A stretch of 58,621 bases of DNA, filler included, from Sphacelaria rigidula (Eukaryota), in NCBI GenBank assembly GCA_964200075.2. It is 6 parts of 6 records of this genome, joined end to end, with 100 filler letters (N's around TTAATTAATTAA, not from the genome) between each part and the next. Parts side by side here need not be neighbours in the genome. Positions count along the whole stretch, not along the records: positions 19,577 to 29,263 come from CAXNAA020007963.1; positions 29,364 to 39,049 come from CAXNAA020007964.1; 4 more parts are not named here. The stretch is one strand, 5' to 3'. This document shows positions 26,181-36,560 of the stretch, piece after piece. Under the pieces are notes generated by a model, which searched no databases, had not been told where the DNA came from, and saw only the letters and a program-made list of their open reading frames with translations. The number at the start of each line of letters is the position of its first letter. Positions within the stretch are counted from its first letter, which is position 1. Position numbers and translations under genes: made by a program.

Positions 26181-26668
26181 GTATGGATGCGATGATGGTG
26201 TACTATGGGGGGGATGCGGTAGGGACGGGGTAAAGATGCTGTCTGGCGAGACGTCTTGGCGTGGTGTGTGATATCGAGAGTAGCAAGGCACGTCGGTAGC
26301 GTGGCATGCGGAGCTAAGCGAACGAAACCACCTGCAACACGTTCTGACCGTCGTGACGACTTGTCCTTGAGGAGTCGTCGAGGCATTTTGTACGAATCGT
26401 TTGTTTTGCTTGTGACATATAAAAGAGATTAGCTGACTGTAGTGTATAAGCATAAGTAGTCCGAGTAATCCCCAACACATCGCGAACCCTTTTTCCAATT
26501 CGAAAATTACTTCACAAGTGCTTGCGGTGCGCCCTGCAGAAGCTTTACAGTAGAGGGAGTTGGGTGTCTCGGTGGCTTTGCCGTGCTGTAAACGACGAAC
26601 CCGAGGCATTCCGCGCTTCTCTGAGAGCCTGGGTCGTCATCACGCTCAACAATACAAATATTTCCGCA

Positions 26669-27281
26669 AGATGAGGTTGAACACTAAAATGGGGGTTGAA
26701 GTCAAATTTCGAAAAGTCACATGTTACGTGGAACAGTTTTGCAAAAGCAACCAATCGGTCATTTGAGTTGTCTGTTCAAACTTCCCCTCGCTTTTCTTGT
26801 CGCGCATTGTTACTCCGGTGTCTACAACTCCTTCAGTAGATTCGAAACGGCTCTCACCAGGTGAGGGAAGCCGCTGTTGATTGGATTCTCTCGTCTTGAA
26901 AGAATATGGTACCGGAGTCTATTTCGAGTCCTAGGGAGATTTGCAAGGGGCAGAGAGTCAGTTCCTAATCTATGAAATTTCCTATTTTGACATCCATAAA
27001 ACGTTTCCAGCAAAGGGAATTATTTTCCGAAACACCAAGGGCGGCAGTTCAATTCTCATGGAACGTTTTCCTTTTTCATCATTTCGAGAAATTTCGACGG
27101 ACCTCCGGAACACTTTTGGATGAAACCCGAAGGATGCTAACGAAAGCACCCCTCTCTCACCTGGGAAGTTCCAACACATGAGTGAAATCCTGAGTTGGTT
27201 GTTTTTGCAAAACTGTTTCACGTGAAATGTGACTTTTCGGAAGGCTACTTTAAGCCCATCATACTGTTTGACCTCATTTTT
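26669..27281. mobile_element. Intronic MITE with ~120-bp inverted arms
   Basis: cgaaaagtcacatgttacgtggaacagttttgcaaaagcaaccaa versus ttggttgtttttgcaaaactgtttcacgtgaaatgtgacttttcg. Confidence 0.7.
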
Positions 27282-27495
27282 CATTTTTGTTTCTTTCCCC
27301 CTGAATGGCGGAAAGCGTGGTCCACCCCGGCACTACCTAATATGTGTACCTTACTTCAGCTACTACATACACCGAGAAATATGCGAACGTTTTCGAGGTT
27401 GCGAAACTGTCTCGGACTACCCAGGACAAGCAGTCTATACTGACAGAGTCCACTCGCACGTTTGAACTCTTGATATACAATGGCTGCACACGCAG

Positions 27496-27684
27496 AGTTT
27501 GGCGAAAGCTCTGGATGCGCTCCAGATCACACATGGCGCGCTCATGAAGTCGGAGTCGAGTAAGGTACAATTGGAGTCAAGGCTCCAAAAGACCGAGTCG
27601 GCGCTCGCTTGGACGGAAGCAGAGCTGCAGACTGAGCGAGAGAGACTGGCCGACGCCCTATATGCGTTGAGTGACGCTTTGCAG
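27496..27684 (+). CDS. Coiled-coil exon (phase 0/0) of the same gene
   Basis: cgcag|AGT..TTGCAG|gtaggt; SLAKALDALQITHGALMKSESSKVQLESRLQKTESALAWTEAELQTERERLADALYALSDALQ shows heptad periodicity. Confidence 0.7.
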
Positions 27685-27951
27685 GTAGGTGGCCAGGATG
27701 TTACGCTTTGTTGCCACCCGTTGCTGTCGTCGCTCTTTTTGGTCGCTCTTCCGTGTACAGCCAGCACCCGTTGGATGTTCAGCTTGTTCGGCCTTGGCTT
27801 GGTCACTAGTGGTCATATTTTCTGGTATGAGACGCAACGTCAACCAACGGCAAGCCCTTCACAGCAAACAACTTTCCGCTCGAACGAGAGTTCACGGCCG
27901 GTCCCGTCTTCCTTGTCTGCGCCTGTGCACTGGCACAATCACATATGGCAG

Positions 27952-28770
27952 GAAAGAGCTGCACCTGCATTCCCCTGTACGCCGTCTGGTAGAGCGGCGT
28001 TTAGAGAGGAGCACATTGCTCTCAAAATTCATTGCGCGAAACTCAAGCGTACTGCCGAGCTCGAGGTGAAGGGCCTCGGGTTCGTCGGCGACTGGTCGGA
28101 ATGGGTGGTGGACAGTGGACGCTTTCGCACCGGTAAGGTGCGTGTAACGGGGCAGAGAGGACGAGGCGGCCAGGGAGGCGTGTTCGGCCTCGAGGCCGTT
28201 GACGCGGCCAAGCAGCGCCGTATCCTCGAGGTCACGGGACAAAGAGGCGTCGTTGTCAAGACCGCTAGCAAGGTACGGCAAGGATTTTCACAGACGGGAG
28301 GAGTCAGTCAGGCCCACCGGGAGGATAGCTGCTGAGACGTTGTCGGGGTGTCTTCGATACAGTCCTCGCCTTGCCTGCCTTGCGCAGTACGTAGGATGTT
28401 ACCCTTTTGTCGTCAGCAATGTTAATGGCCCTGAGAAGGAATTTAAGGAATTTGCCCGGCACGTCCATGCGATGTTGATGTAAGCTACCGATCTGTTTTT
28501 GTTGTGCGTTGAAATAAGCTAAACTTGAACGACCGCGGTAGCGTGGTCGGGAAAATGTAAACACTGGTGCGTTTACTCGTACGGTTTACCACTGAGTACG
28601 CACAACTTGATGTGGGGTCGTATGAAGCACAGCCAACATTGCTGAAGGAAGGTCGTCGTGACATGCCTACTCTGGACGTGTCCGTGTTGTCACTGTTACT
28701 GTCGGTCGATCTAGGACCCGACCGAGGGGGAACTGGAGGGACTCAAGAACGAGCTCAGGTGCTTCGCGCG
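27952..28770 (+). CDS. Protein kinase N-lobe exons (27952-28272 and 28715-28770)
   Basis: Gly loop GRGGQGGVF and VVVK lysine, donor AAG|gtacgg. The next exon ctag|DPTEGELEGLKNELRCFAR|gtaagc supplies the alphaC glutamate. A possible further exon lies at 29007-29070; the rest is lost in the gap. Confidence 0.7.
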
Positions 28771-29263
28771 GTAAGCAATTGGTGTGCGGTGCCTGCGTGA
28801 CTTGGACGTTTAGCGCACATACGAAAGGTTCCACCCGTGTGCCAGCAAAGCACGGACGTGGTTGGTCTCTCCCTTGTATTTTCAAGGGGTATAAGCTATT
28901 TCTGTACCATCTGGTTTACCGTCTAGAGCTACAGTGACAGTTGCTCGGAAACGTTCAACGACCATCTAAGTGGTTTTGCTCGAAGGTTTTCCAAATTTAC
29001 CCCTAGGTTGTTCCGAATCATCATCGGCTCCATCGCACCATTGAAGGCAACACTCGTAGTTGATCACCTCGTTTCTCCTTTATTCTCATCTTGCGCTCTC
29101 ATTATTCCTCTCTCGCTCTCTCGTTCCCTCTCTCTTCTGTCTCTCCTCTCCCTCTTCTCTTTTCTCCCCATCCCCATCGTCTCTTCATTTTGTTTTGCTC
29201 TCTCTCTCTCTCTATACTTCCTCTGTCCCATAAGTCTGTATCGTTATGTTTGTACGAGCCCTT

Positions 29264-29363
29264 NNNNNNNNNNNNNNNNNNNNNNNNNNNNNNNNNNNNN
29301 NNNNNNNTTAATTAATTAANNNNNNNNNNNNNNNNNNNNNNNNNNNNNNNNNNNNNNNNNNNN
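29264..29363. other. Assembly spacer
   Basis: N44-TTAATTAATTAA-N44. Confidence 0.97.
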
Positions 29364-32300
29364 CAAGTCCAAGACTCCTTGCAATGCACTCTTAATTTGA
29401 ACATCGTCCAGAACATCACACTTCCATTCCCCCGCCGACGAGGACGCCAGCACCGAGAAAGACGTCCGAGGGGCACGGCCAAACATAACGTGGTACGGCG
29501 TACTATCGTACCGACGGCGATACGCTGTATTTAGCGCCCATTGCACCGCCGGCAACACGCCCGCCCACTCGGAAACCGCTCTACGCTGCTCGAGAAGGAC
29601 AGAGCAAAGAGCACGAACTACTTCCTTGACCATGCGTTCGCACGTACCGTTAGACCACGGAGACTACGCTACCACAAACTGGTGATCAACGCGCACAGCC
29701 TCTCGCAATCGGGCCAAGATCGCATTCTTGAAATGCGTGTCGGTATCACTCACCCACACACGGGGCACCTCCAAAGTATTGCACCAATTCAGCAAAGACG
29801 CAGCAGTCGATTAAGCAGTACACACTGCTGCTGGTTCCAGAGCCACAAAGATGCTCAAATCATCCATGAGTACCAAAAGATATCGAAACCCCGCATCCTC
29901 CGACAAACTTTGGGAAGCTAGCGGGGCACCCTTGCCCACGTAAACGACTTCATTCGGCGTGGTCCCATGGACCGTTTCACCGAGCGGGCGGGGAATAACA
30001 TCGCCCGCCCGCGAGTCAGCACACTGGCCGACAAATTCGCGCACATTAGTTTCTATCCCCTGCCAGACACAAAACTCTTGCAAGCGCACGAGCGTCGCAT
30101 CCGCACCACGATGCCCGGCGTCGCGCATGTGCGCGCAAATCATCAGACGTACCTGCAACTGCTTGTCAGAACTCGGAATCCACAAAACGTTTCGACCACG
30201 CACATACACACGAAACAGACCTTCATTATCCAAAATAGCAGTACCAACGTCCGACTCGAAAGATTGCACATCCGCATCTTCGACCCCCAGATCTTTTCAT
30301 TGCGCTTGGCGGACAACAGAGTTGAACGGCATCGAGTCATCAGGTTCGCACGGACCATACACAGCCACATCGCGCGCAGGCAGAGTGGGAATATTTACCC
30401 AGCGCGACGGCAAGCTACCCCACGCGTTACGTTCATCCTAAATATGACAAATCGTGTACCGATACCGGCTAGTACACCTTTACACACCTCCAATCGCTGT
30501 GCCAACGCCTTCGACACAGACGTCACGCATGCCTCCGGGTTGAAAATGTACGTTAGACTTCAGTGACCCGTGAAAATGTGTACGCCATTCCACAATAGAT
30601 GCTCGAGACTGCGAAAAGTGCTCACGATAGCAAAACCTTCCTTGTCAATGGTTGCCCAACGCATCTGTGAAACCTTGAAATTACCACTAAGAAAAGCCAG
30701 CGGTTCATGCGTCATGTATTCAACCGGCAACCGTTGGTGCGTTTCTGCATCAGGCACCTGCGTTACAAAACTACCCCAATGGCACTCAAATGCATCCGGA
30801 AACATTGACATCTGACAATCAGGACGAGGATGGAGCAGCGTCGCGGCATGAGTCACCAGATCCTTCGCTGCCGCCCACGCTGCAGCCTGCCCTCCGTCCA
30901 TACTGCAGCCTTCTTCGGAAACGCCATATCTAGACTGGATCACCCCGCCTGCAAATTCCGTAGCACCAACCCGAGCGCCAAAAGAGCCGCCATGCACAAT
31001 GCCAGCCAACTCGACTTCACTGGATCGTACCGCCGCGGCTTCGTCTTCACCGCGGACGCCCCAGGTTTTGGCTGAACGCGCAGGGGCTCCACACGCGCAG
31101 GGGGGTCACCTCGCAGCGCACGACAAAGCGCGTTGACGCGGCAATACACTATGCCGCGCAGGCGCTGCACTTTCGAGACGCTGAGGCTTCACGCCCCAGC
31201 ATCCGTCACGCTCTCATCCAGCGCGACCTTCCGAGCGGACTCCTCTTCCGCCTAATCAATGAATATCTCCGGGCTGCGCTCTATCAAGCGTTCCACCGCC
31301 GCATCCCGCTCCTTGGTCACCTGCCCTCCAGCCTCCTGAAAACTATCACCGACAAGCTCACGCGACGACTGCCCAAGACGGCGGGCGTCTCCAAGCGTGG
31401 GCCAGGCGGAGACATCCGCGTCTTCATGGAGTCCCACAACCGCCGAGCGTTGACTCCAATATCCTGAACCATCGGCAACCCCAGAAGAATAACGCCATCC
31501 GACCCCGGCATGATCGCAAACGAGATCGGAGGCAACTACGCCGACCCCCAGGAAGTCATCAAAGTCAGCTGCAGCGGAACAGTACGCTCTGTGACGTAAA
31601 GATGCTGACCCGATGCGGTGACGGCCTGCCGCGCCCCGAGCGAAAATGAAGTGCGCAGCGGCACACCCGGGAGCAGACGCTCCAACATATCTGCAATCTG
31701 TACCGACAGACTCACATGATCCGTCCAGTGTGCGCCAGAATCCCACTTGGCCTCTACCGCAATGGCTCCCCGCGCCCGGTGATTCGGGAGATAAAACTCG
31801 GCAGGAGTGTATTTGCCTTGATACTCGACCGGCATCTGCTCCGCCGACTGATTGATCGTGATCCCCACTTGGCGCCACGGCTGTGCGTGCGGTGCAGGCA
31901 TAGACGCTCCCGCTGGGGTCACCGGCACCGCCGGCGGGTACGAAGCCCCGCCCGCAGAACCAAATTGCAGCGGTACTCCGGCCGACGCAGCAGCGGATCC
32001 AAATTTCAGCTGAAATCCGGCCGGCTCCGTCGTAGGCGTCTCGCCTTGCTCTGCTGCCGGCGGCGTCGGCACCGAGCCCGACACTAGAGAGGTCGGTCCC
32101 ACCTGCACCGCCCGTTGTGGAGCAGCAGCCCCTGCTGCTGCTGCTGTTGGACACTCGAATGTACACCTGCACCGCTGGAGGATCCGCCTCCGCCACCACC
32201 CCGATTACCTTCCCCTCCTTTGTGATTGCGAGGGCGCGCGGCACTCGTCTGCCCAGTCTCCCCCTCAGAAGGCGTTGGGCACTTCCGTGAGATGTGGCCT

Positions 32301-33657
32301 ACCTGGCCACACTGATGGCAAGTAATATTGGCGGCGGCACTGCCTACGGATTTTGATCCGCGGTTACGCGAGCTCGAAGACTGCGGCGACGATGTGGACG
32401 ATTTTCCGAGTACTGCGACCCGCCGCCATGCCTGAGCTTCAGCCACCACGGTATCCATAACTAAATACGGGTCTAACTTCCAGTTTGTTTCGTGCTGTAA
32501 CTGCACGAGCACGGCCTGCTTGAATTCCGCCGGTGCCAGACCCTCCACCATCGCTTTCGTGATCACCGCAGCGGGCCCTGGGCGGAATTTCCCATCGGAG
32601 GAACGATAAGCCAGCTCTACGTTGGGATTTTCCGACAAAATATTTCTCCAACTTACCCATTATGGGCTCCACCCTGTCACGCATGGTCCTGCCTTTGTGC
32701 TTCATTTCGACAGCCCTCGCCACGGCCGCGGAAGCTTGTGTTAGCTCTACCTCCGCGCCCGCCGAATGTCCTGCATGCTTCTTTATTACTGCGGCCAATT
32801 GCAGCGGCGTTATGGTATGCTTTTCATGGAATCTTCTCGCGAAGACGCGTTGGAGGGGGGTAGGCGCGAGTTGCACCATGGAAACCACCTGATGCCTTAC
32901 CGCACCCCCCGCATTCGCATGCTCCACCCTCTTCTTGTATTCCACGTATTTCGTGTAGAACGAACGAGAAGCACCCTCAGAATACAAATTCCCGTAACTG
33001 GGCGGCCGCAACTCCTCCCTTAGAACGACTGGGGTTACAGTCGTCTCCGCTGGCTCTATTACGGGTACCTCGGTAGTCGACATTCTCGAGCGGACAATCG
33101 AAGATTTCTGGACCTTCCCGAAGTCACAATTCACACCTGCCTTCTTCGCCGCTCGACAAAGTCCTGGGGTCCTATAAACACCCGCTGCACGCAGCTCCAG
33201 CAAGTCTCCAGTCTGGATCAATCACGGGTCAATCGCCTTTGCAGCTACCTCAGCTTGAAACCTCCTCACGCGTCCGTGAAACTACATGCCCGAAGCTATC
33301 ACAAGCTGTCCAGACTCCTCCCTGCTGAAACATTTCCAGCAGTCTCCTAACGATAGCACAACTAGCACTCCTAGCACTCCTAGCACAAATATCGATATTG
33401 TGACGCCAGCAGGTTGCTAGTACTGCAGCGTCTAATGCTGTTGAGGGACTCCCCAGTTCCACTGGCCTCAAGGTCTCACTCGCCAGCCTTCACGACACCT
33501 TCATTATTCCCGGAGTGCCTCCCAGGCACATACGCTCCATAAACCACATCAGGGTAACACCCCTGTGCCCATGTCATCATCCATCTCATCACTACAGATC
33601 CCAAGTCATCATCCAATCATCACCATCTACTCAACGTGAAGGCGTGATTTCGTCACA
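29364..33657 (-). mobile_element. Ty3/Gypsy LTR retrotransposon: 5' LTR, gag, PR, RT largely deleted, RH, IN; 3' end in the gap
   Basis: Gag with CHQCGQVGHISRKC; PR WDSGAHW..ILLG; RT start RALRGDPPARVEP fused at ~30945 to connection/RH (MFPDAF..HEPLAFLSG..DKEGFAIV..IFTGH); IN with H..GHRG, MDDLS, WVSDT, VQWALN. Confidence 0.92.
33399..33657 (-). repeat. 5' LTR (259 bp, TGTGACG...CGTCACA)
   Basis: Perfect 7-bp terminal inverted repeat; lies upstream of gag. Confidence 0.7.
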
Positions 33658-33659
33658 GG

Positions 33660-35072
33660 TCGCATTGGCAATAACATATCGACCGGTCAATATATGTTGG
33701 GTCCGTGTGGGTGCCAATGTATTGGTCGGTCAATATATGTTGGGTGTTCTAACTTTGGTGTACGCTTTGAGAAAGATCCAGACGTCATGGATGCCGGAGC
33801 CCGTGTAGATTGGGAAAAGCTTCAAAGGGAGGCGCAGAAGTTTGCGCGCAGTGCTACGGAGAGTTGTCGAATGCGTTTGGTATACTGCGCATACATATAT
33901 TTTGGTCAGAAAATATGATGACAGAAGAGGCGACCCGGTATATGTGCCTTTTGATACCTATCTGGTCACCGATGCGGGGCCGCCCATCTCCTTTACAGCA
34001 TGTAATGTATTTTGTCTGAACATCACGAAGACAGAAAACGCGGGTCGATATGCGTCTTTCGGCACCCCTGTGGTCACCAGTGCTGTGTTGATTATACCTT
34101 CGACAATACGGTATGTTCCAATATGATACCAATACCTTGTATTGGAGACATCACAAATGTTGTTCTGTCAATATATATTGTGCTGAGATGTCCTCGGAGA
34201 CATTGGAGCAACAACATGTATTCCTCGTGCCATGATCGTGAAGTAATGCATGACGATATATGATGGGCATGCATTCACTTCGGGAACAAAACATTCGAGA
34301 TATATTGTGCATGTCAGCTGCGTATGTATTGAAGTGTCAACATATATTGAGTCAAAGCGGTGCGTGACATATTGTTACGATAATATAAGTTGAACGCAAA
34401 CCATGCAAAAATATTATTTTTCCAATATATATTGCGCACGCTCATCGCATAGCTATTGTGCAGCCAATGTATATTGAACACGCTCGCGGAGGAATATATT
34501 GAGCGTTTTCGGCATGTGGTGACACATCTTTGAATGGCGCCCGCGAACATAAAACTGCCCACCATACTAATCCCAACACAGTTTCAAATCTACATGTTGG
34601 AAATAAATATATATATATATATTACTACACCAATATGTTTTGTGACAATCCGCTCCCTGGTGTGTTGTCCACCCAACATAAATTGGATGCATTGACGCAC
34701 GACATATTGGGGCGGCAAAAACATATCGGTGCTTCGGGTGTTGAGTACATGGAATCGTCAATATATATTGACCTCGTGCGGCAGCCAATATATCACTCGA
34801 CAAATATATGTTGGGGCCTTACCGCACCAACATATTACTCGGCCAATATATGTATATATATATATTGCGATGGCGCGTATCGTGATACTGTATATTGTTC
34901 AGTAGATATATATATATATATATTGCATGTCGCGAGACTTGACATATTGATGGCACAATATATATTGATCTGTCTCTCGTGCCGTCATACTGCTCGCCCA
35001 ATATGCATTGACCACCCGACGCGTTGAAATATTGAGCGGGCAATATATATTACATATTGTATTGTCCACGGT
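33660..35072. repeat. AT-rich element with many dispersed CAATATAT/ATATATTG motifs
   Basis: The motif recurs densely in both orientations; the right end ...gtccacggtg abuts a Sola-like MITE fragment. Confidence 0.5.
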
Positions 35073-35074
35073 GT

Positions 35075-35185
35075 GATACTGTTTGGCACCGCGAGTGTGT
35101 TAGGTCGCCTGACACATCCATGAACCTTTTTTCGTGGGTTTAAATGCCACCCCCCCCCCCCGCCGCCCCCATTGTAGGACCACTC
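35075..35185. mobile_element. Right end of a diverged Sola-like MITE
   Basis: ctgacaca..catga.cc.tttttcgtg...cccccattgtaggaccactc resembles 4062-4187. Confidence 0.6.
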
Positions 35186-35249
35186 AAATACGCATCTTTA
35201 CTGCGATTGGAAGATCCGTGCCGACATTAGTACACTTTACCCATCAGCA

Positions 35250-36560
35250 TGAACACCGTATAAGGTAATCATTCCAACACACACTGAGACGAATGTTCCT
35301 TTGCTGAGATGTATGATACGTTGCATCGCTCGGCTTGTGGATGAGTGAGAATTTGGGCCGAACGGGCAGCCCCTGTGCGTTCAAACCGACTTAGGGCGCT
35401 ACTTGTCAACAACTGATTCCGGAGCACCGATGGAGGCGCAGCTAAAATCCGACGGTACCATCGCCCCACAGGATTCCAAGACTCTTCGCATGATCGTCGA
35501 TACACGTATCTTGTTGAAGTGTGTATTTTCATTCACCGGTTCAAAGATGGTCATGTAAGATCTTACAATCGTCGTCTGGTTCAATAGTAGCCATCTGAGT
35601 GGCACTCGTTTTGCAGATGGTCATATGAGACTTCTGTCCGGCTGAAACATGATCGCATGAATTTTCACTTTTGCTGTCCAGTTCAATGACGGTCGAATAA
35701 ATGAATATTTGGGTCTAATTCAGAGACGATTGTGCTTGATTTCAACTTTTGCCGCCCAGACCAGAGGTTGTCACGTCAGGCTTTCGATCGGTTCAACGAT
35801 GTTTGCATGAGTTCCCTTTTACACAGCCGATCATTACGACTGCTTTGTGTGAGCACCCGTGTTCCATATCAACCACCGGAACGCTCTTTTCCAATATTGA
35901 GGAAAATATCGACATAATCGAGGCAACATGCGCTCTCGGAACAGTCTCCGACATGCCACAATAGTCTAATTAATCCTATCTCGGATCAGCACTTTCGAGT
36001 CACACCGTGGTTTTCAAAAGTGTCTGTTCGTGTTGTGAGTAACACCGACCTAGAGCAACACCATCCGTAGCCTTGAAATTTTACTCAACATCCTACCGGA
36101 CCACAATGATGAGACCAAACGCAATCACCGACTCTAGCCAAACACCAAAAACGTTGACTTTTCCGGTTGAGGTTTCCAGCACTGCCCCATTTGGCCGACA
36201 CAAGTGCATCGTGCACACAACACGTGCTGTCCATTTCACCCAACGGTGGTTGTGCGAACAACAAGTGCGCAAGTCGCACCGTGTGTACTGGATTGATGTG
36301 AGGGTAGGTCCGCCCACCCGCATCACCACCGCATCCAAGACACAAATGCATCATCCCTTAATGAGGTGAAACGTATCTGACCATGAGGAGCAACCCGAAA
36401 AAAAAAATGGCCAACCAGTCAAGAACGGGGTGGTAATCGCTGATGTACTGTGGACAATCCAAGTGGTGGAAACGTCCCCGGTAGCGGTTTCACTTCCCCT
36501 GACACGTTCAAACCGAAACGAATACATGGCGATGAACATGACTTCTTCCGGTGAATAGAT
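35250..36560 (-). pseudogene. Decayed archaeo-eukaryotic primase (PrimPol / NCLDV-herpes clade-like) candidate
   Basis: Ordered degenerate motifs: SPCIRFGLNVSG (I), SDTFHLI (II), IHAIMFQPDRSLI*PSAK (III) and a Zn-finger-like RGCPFGPNSHSS..IIHLSKGTFVSVC. Confidence 0.35.

Noticed and set aside
27499-28335. 278-aa ORF as a single-exon protein with a transmembrane segment
   Set aside because: The hydrophobic middle lies between a GT donor (27685) and an AG acceptor (27951), so it is intron read-through.
29090-29225. Hydrophobic Leu/Ser ORF
   Set aside because: It is a (CT)n-rich low-complexity tract at a contig end.
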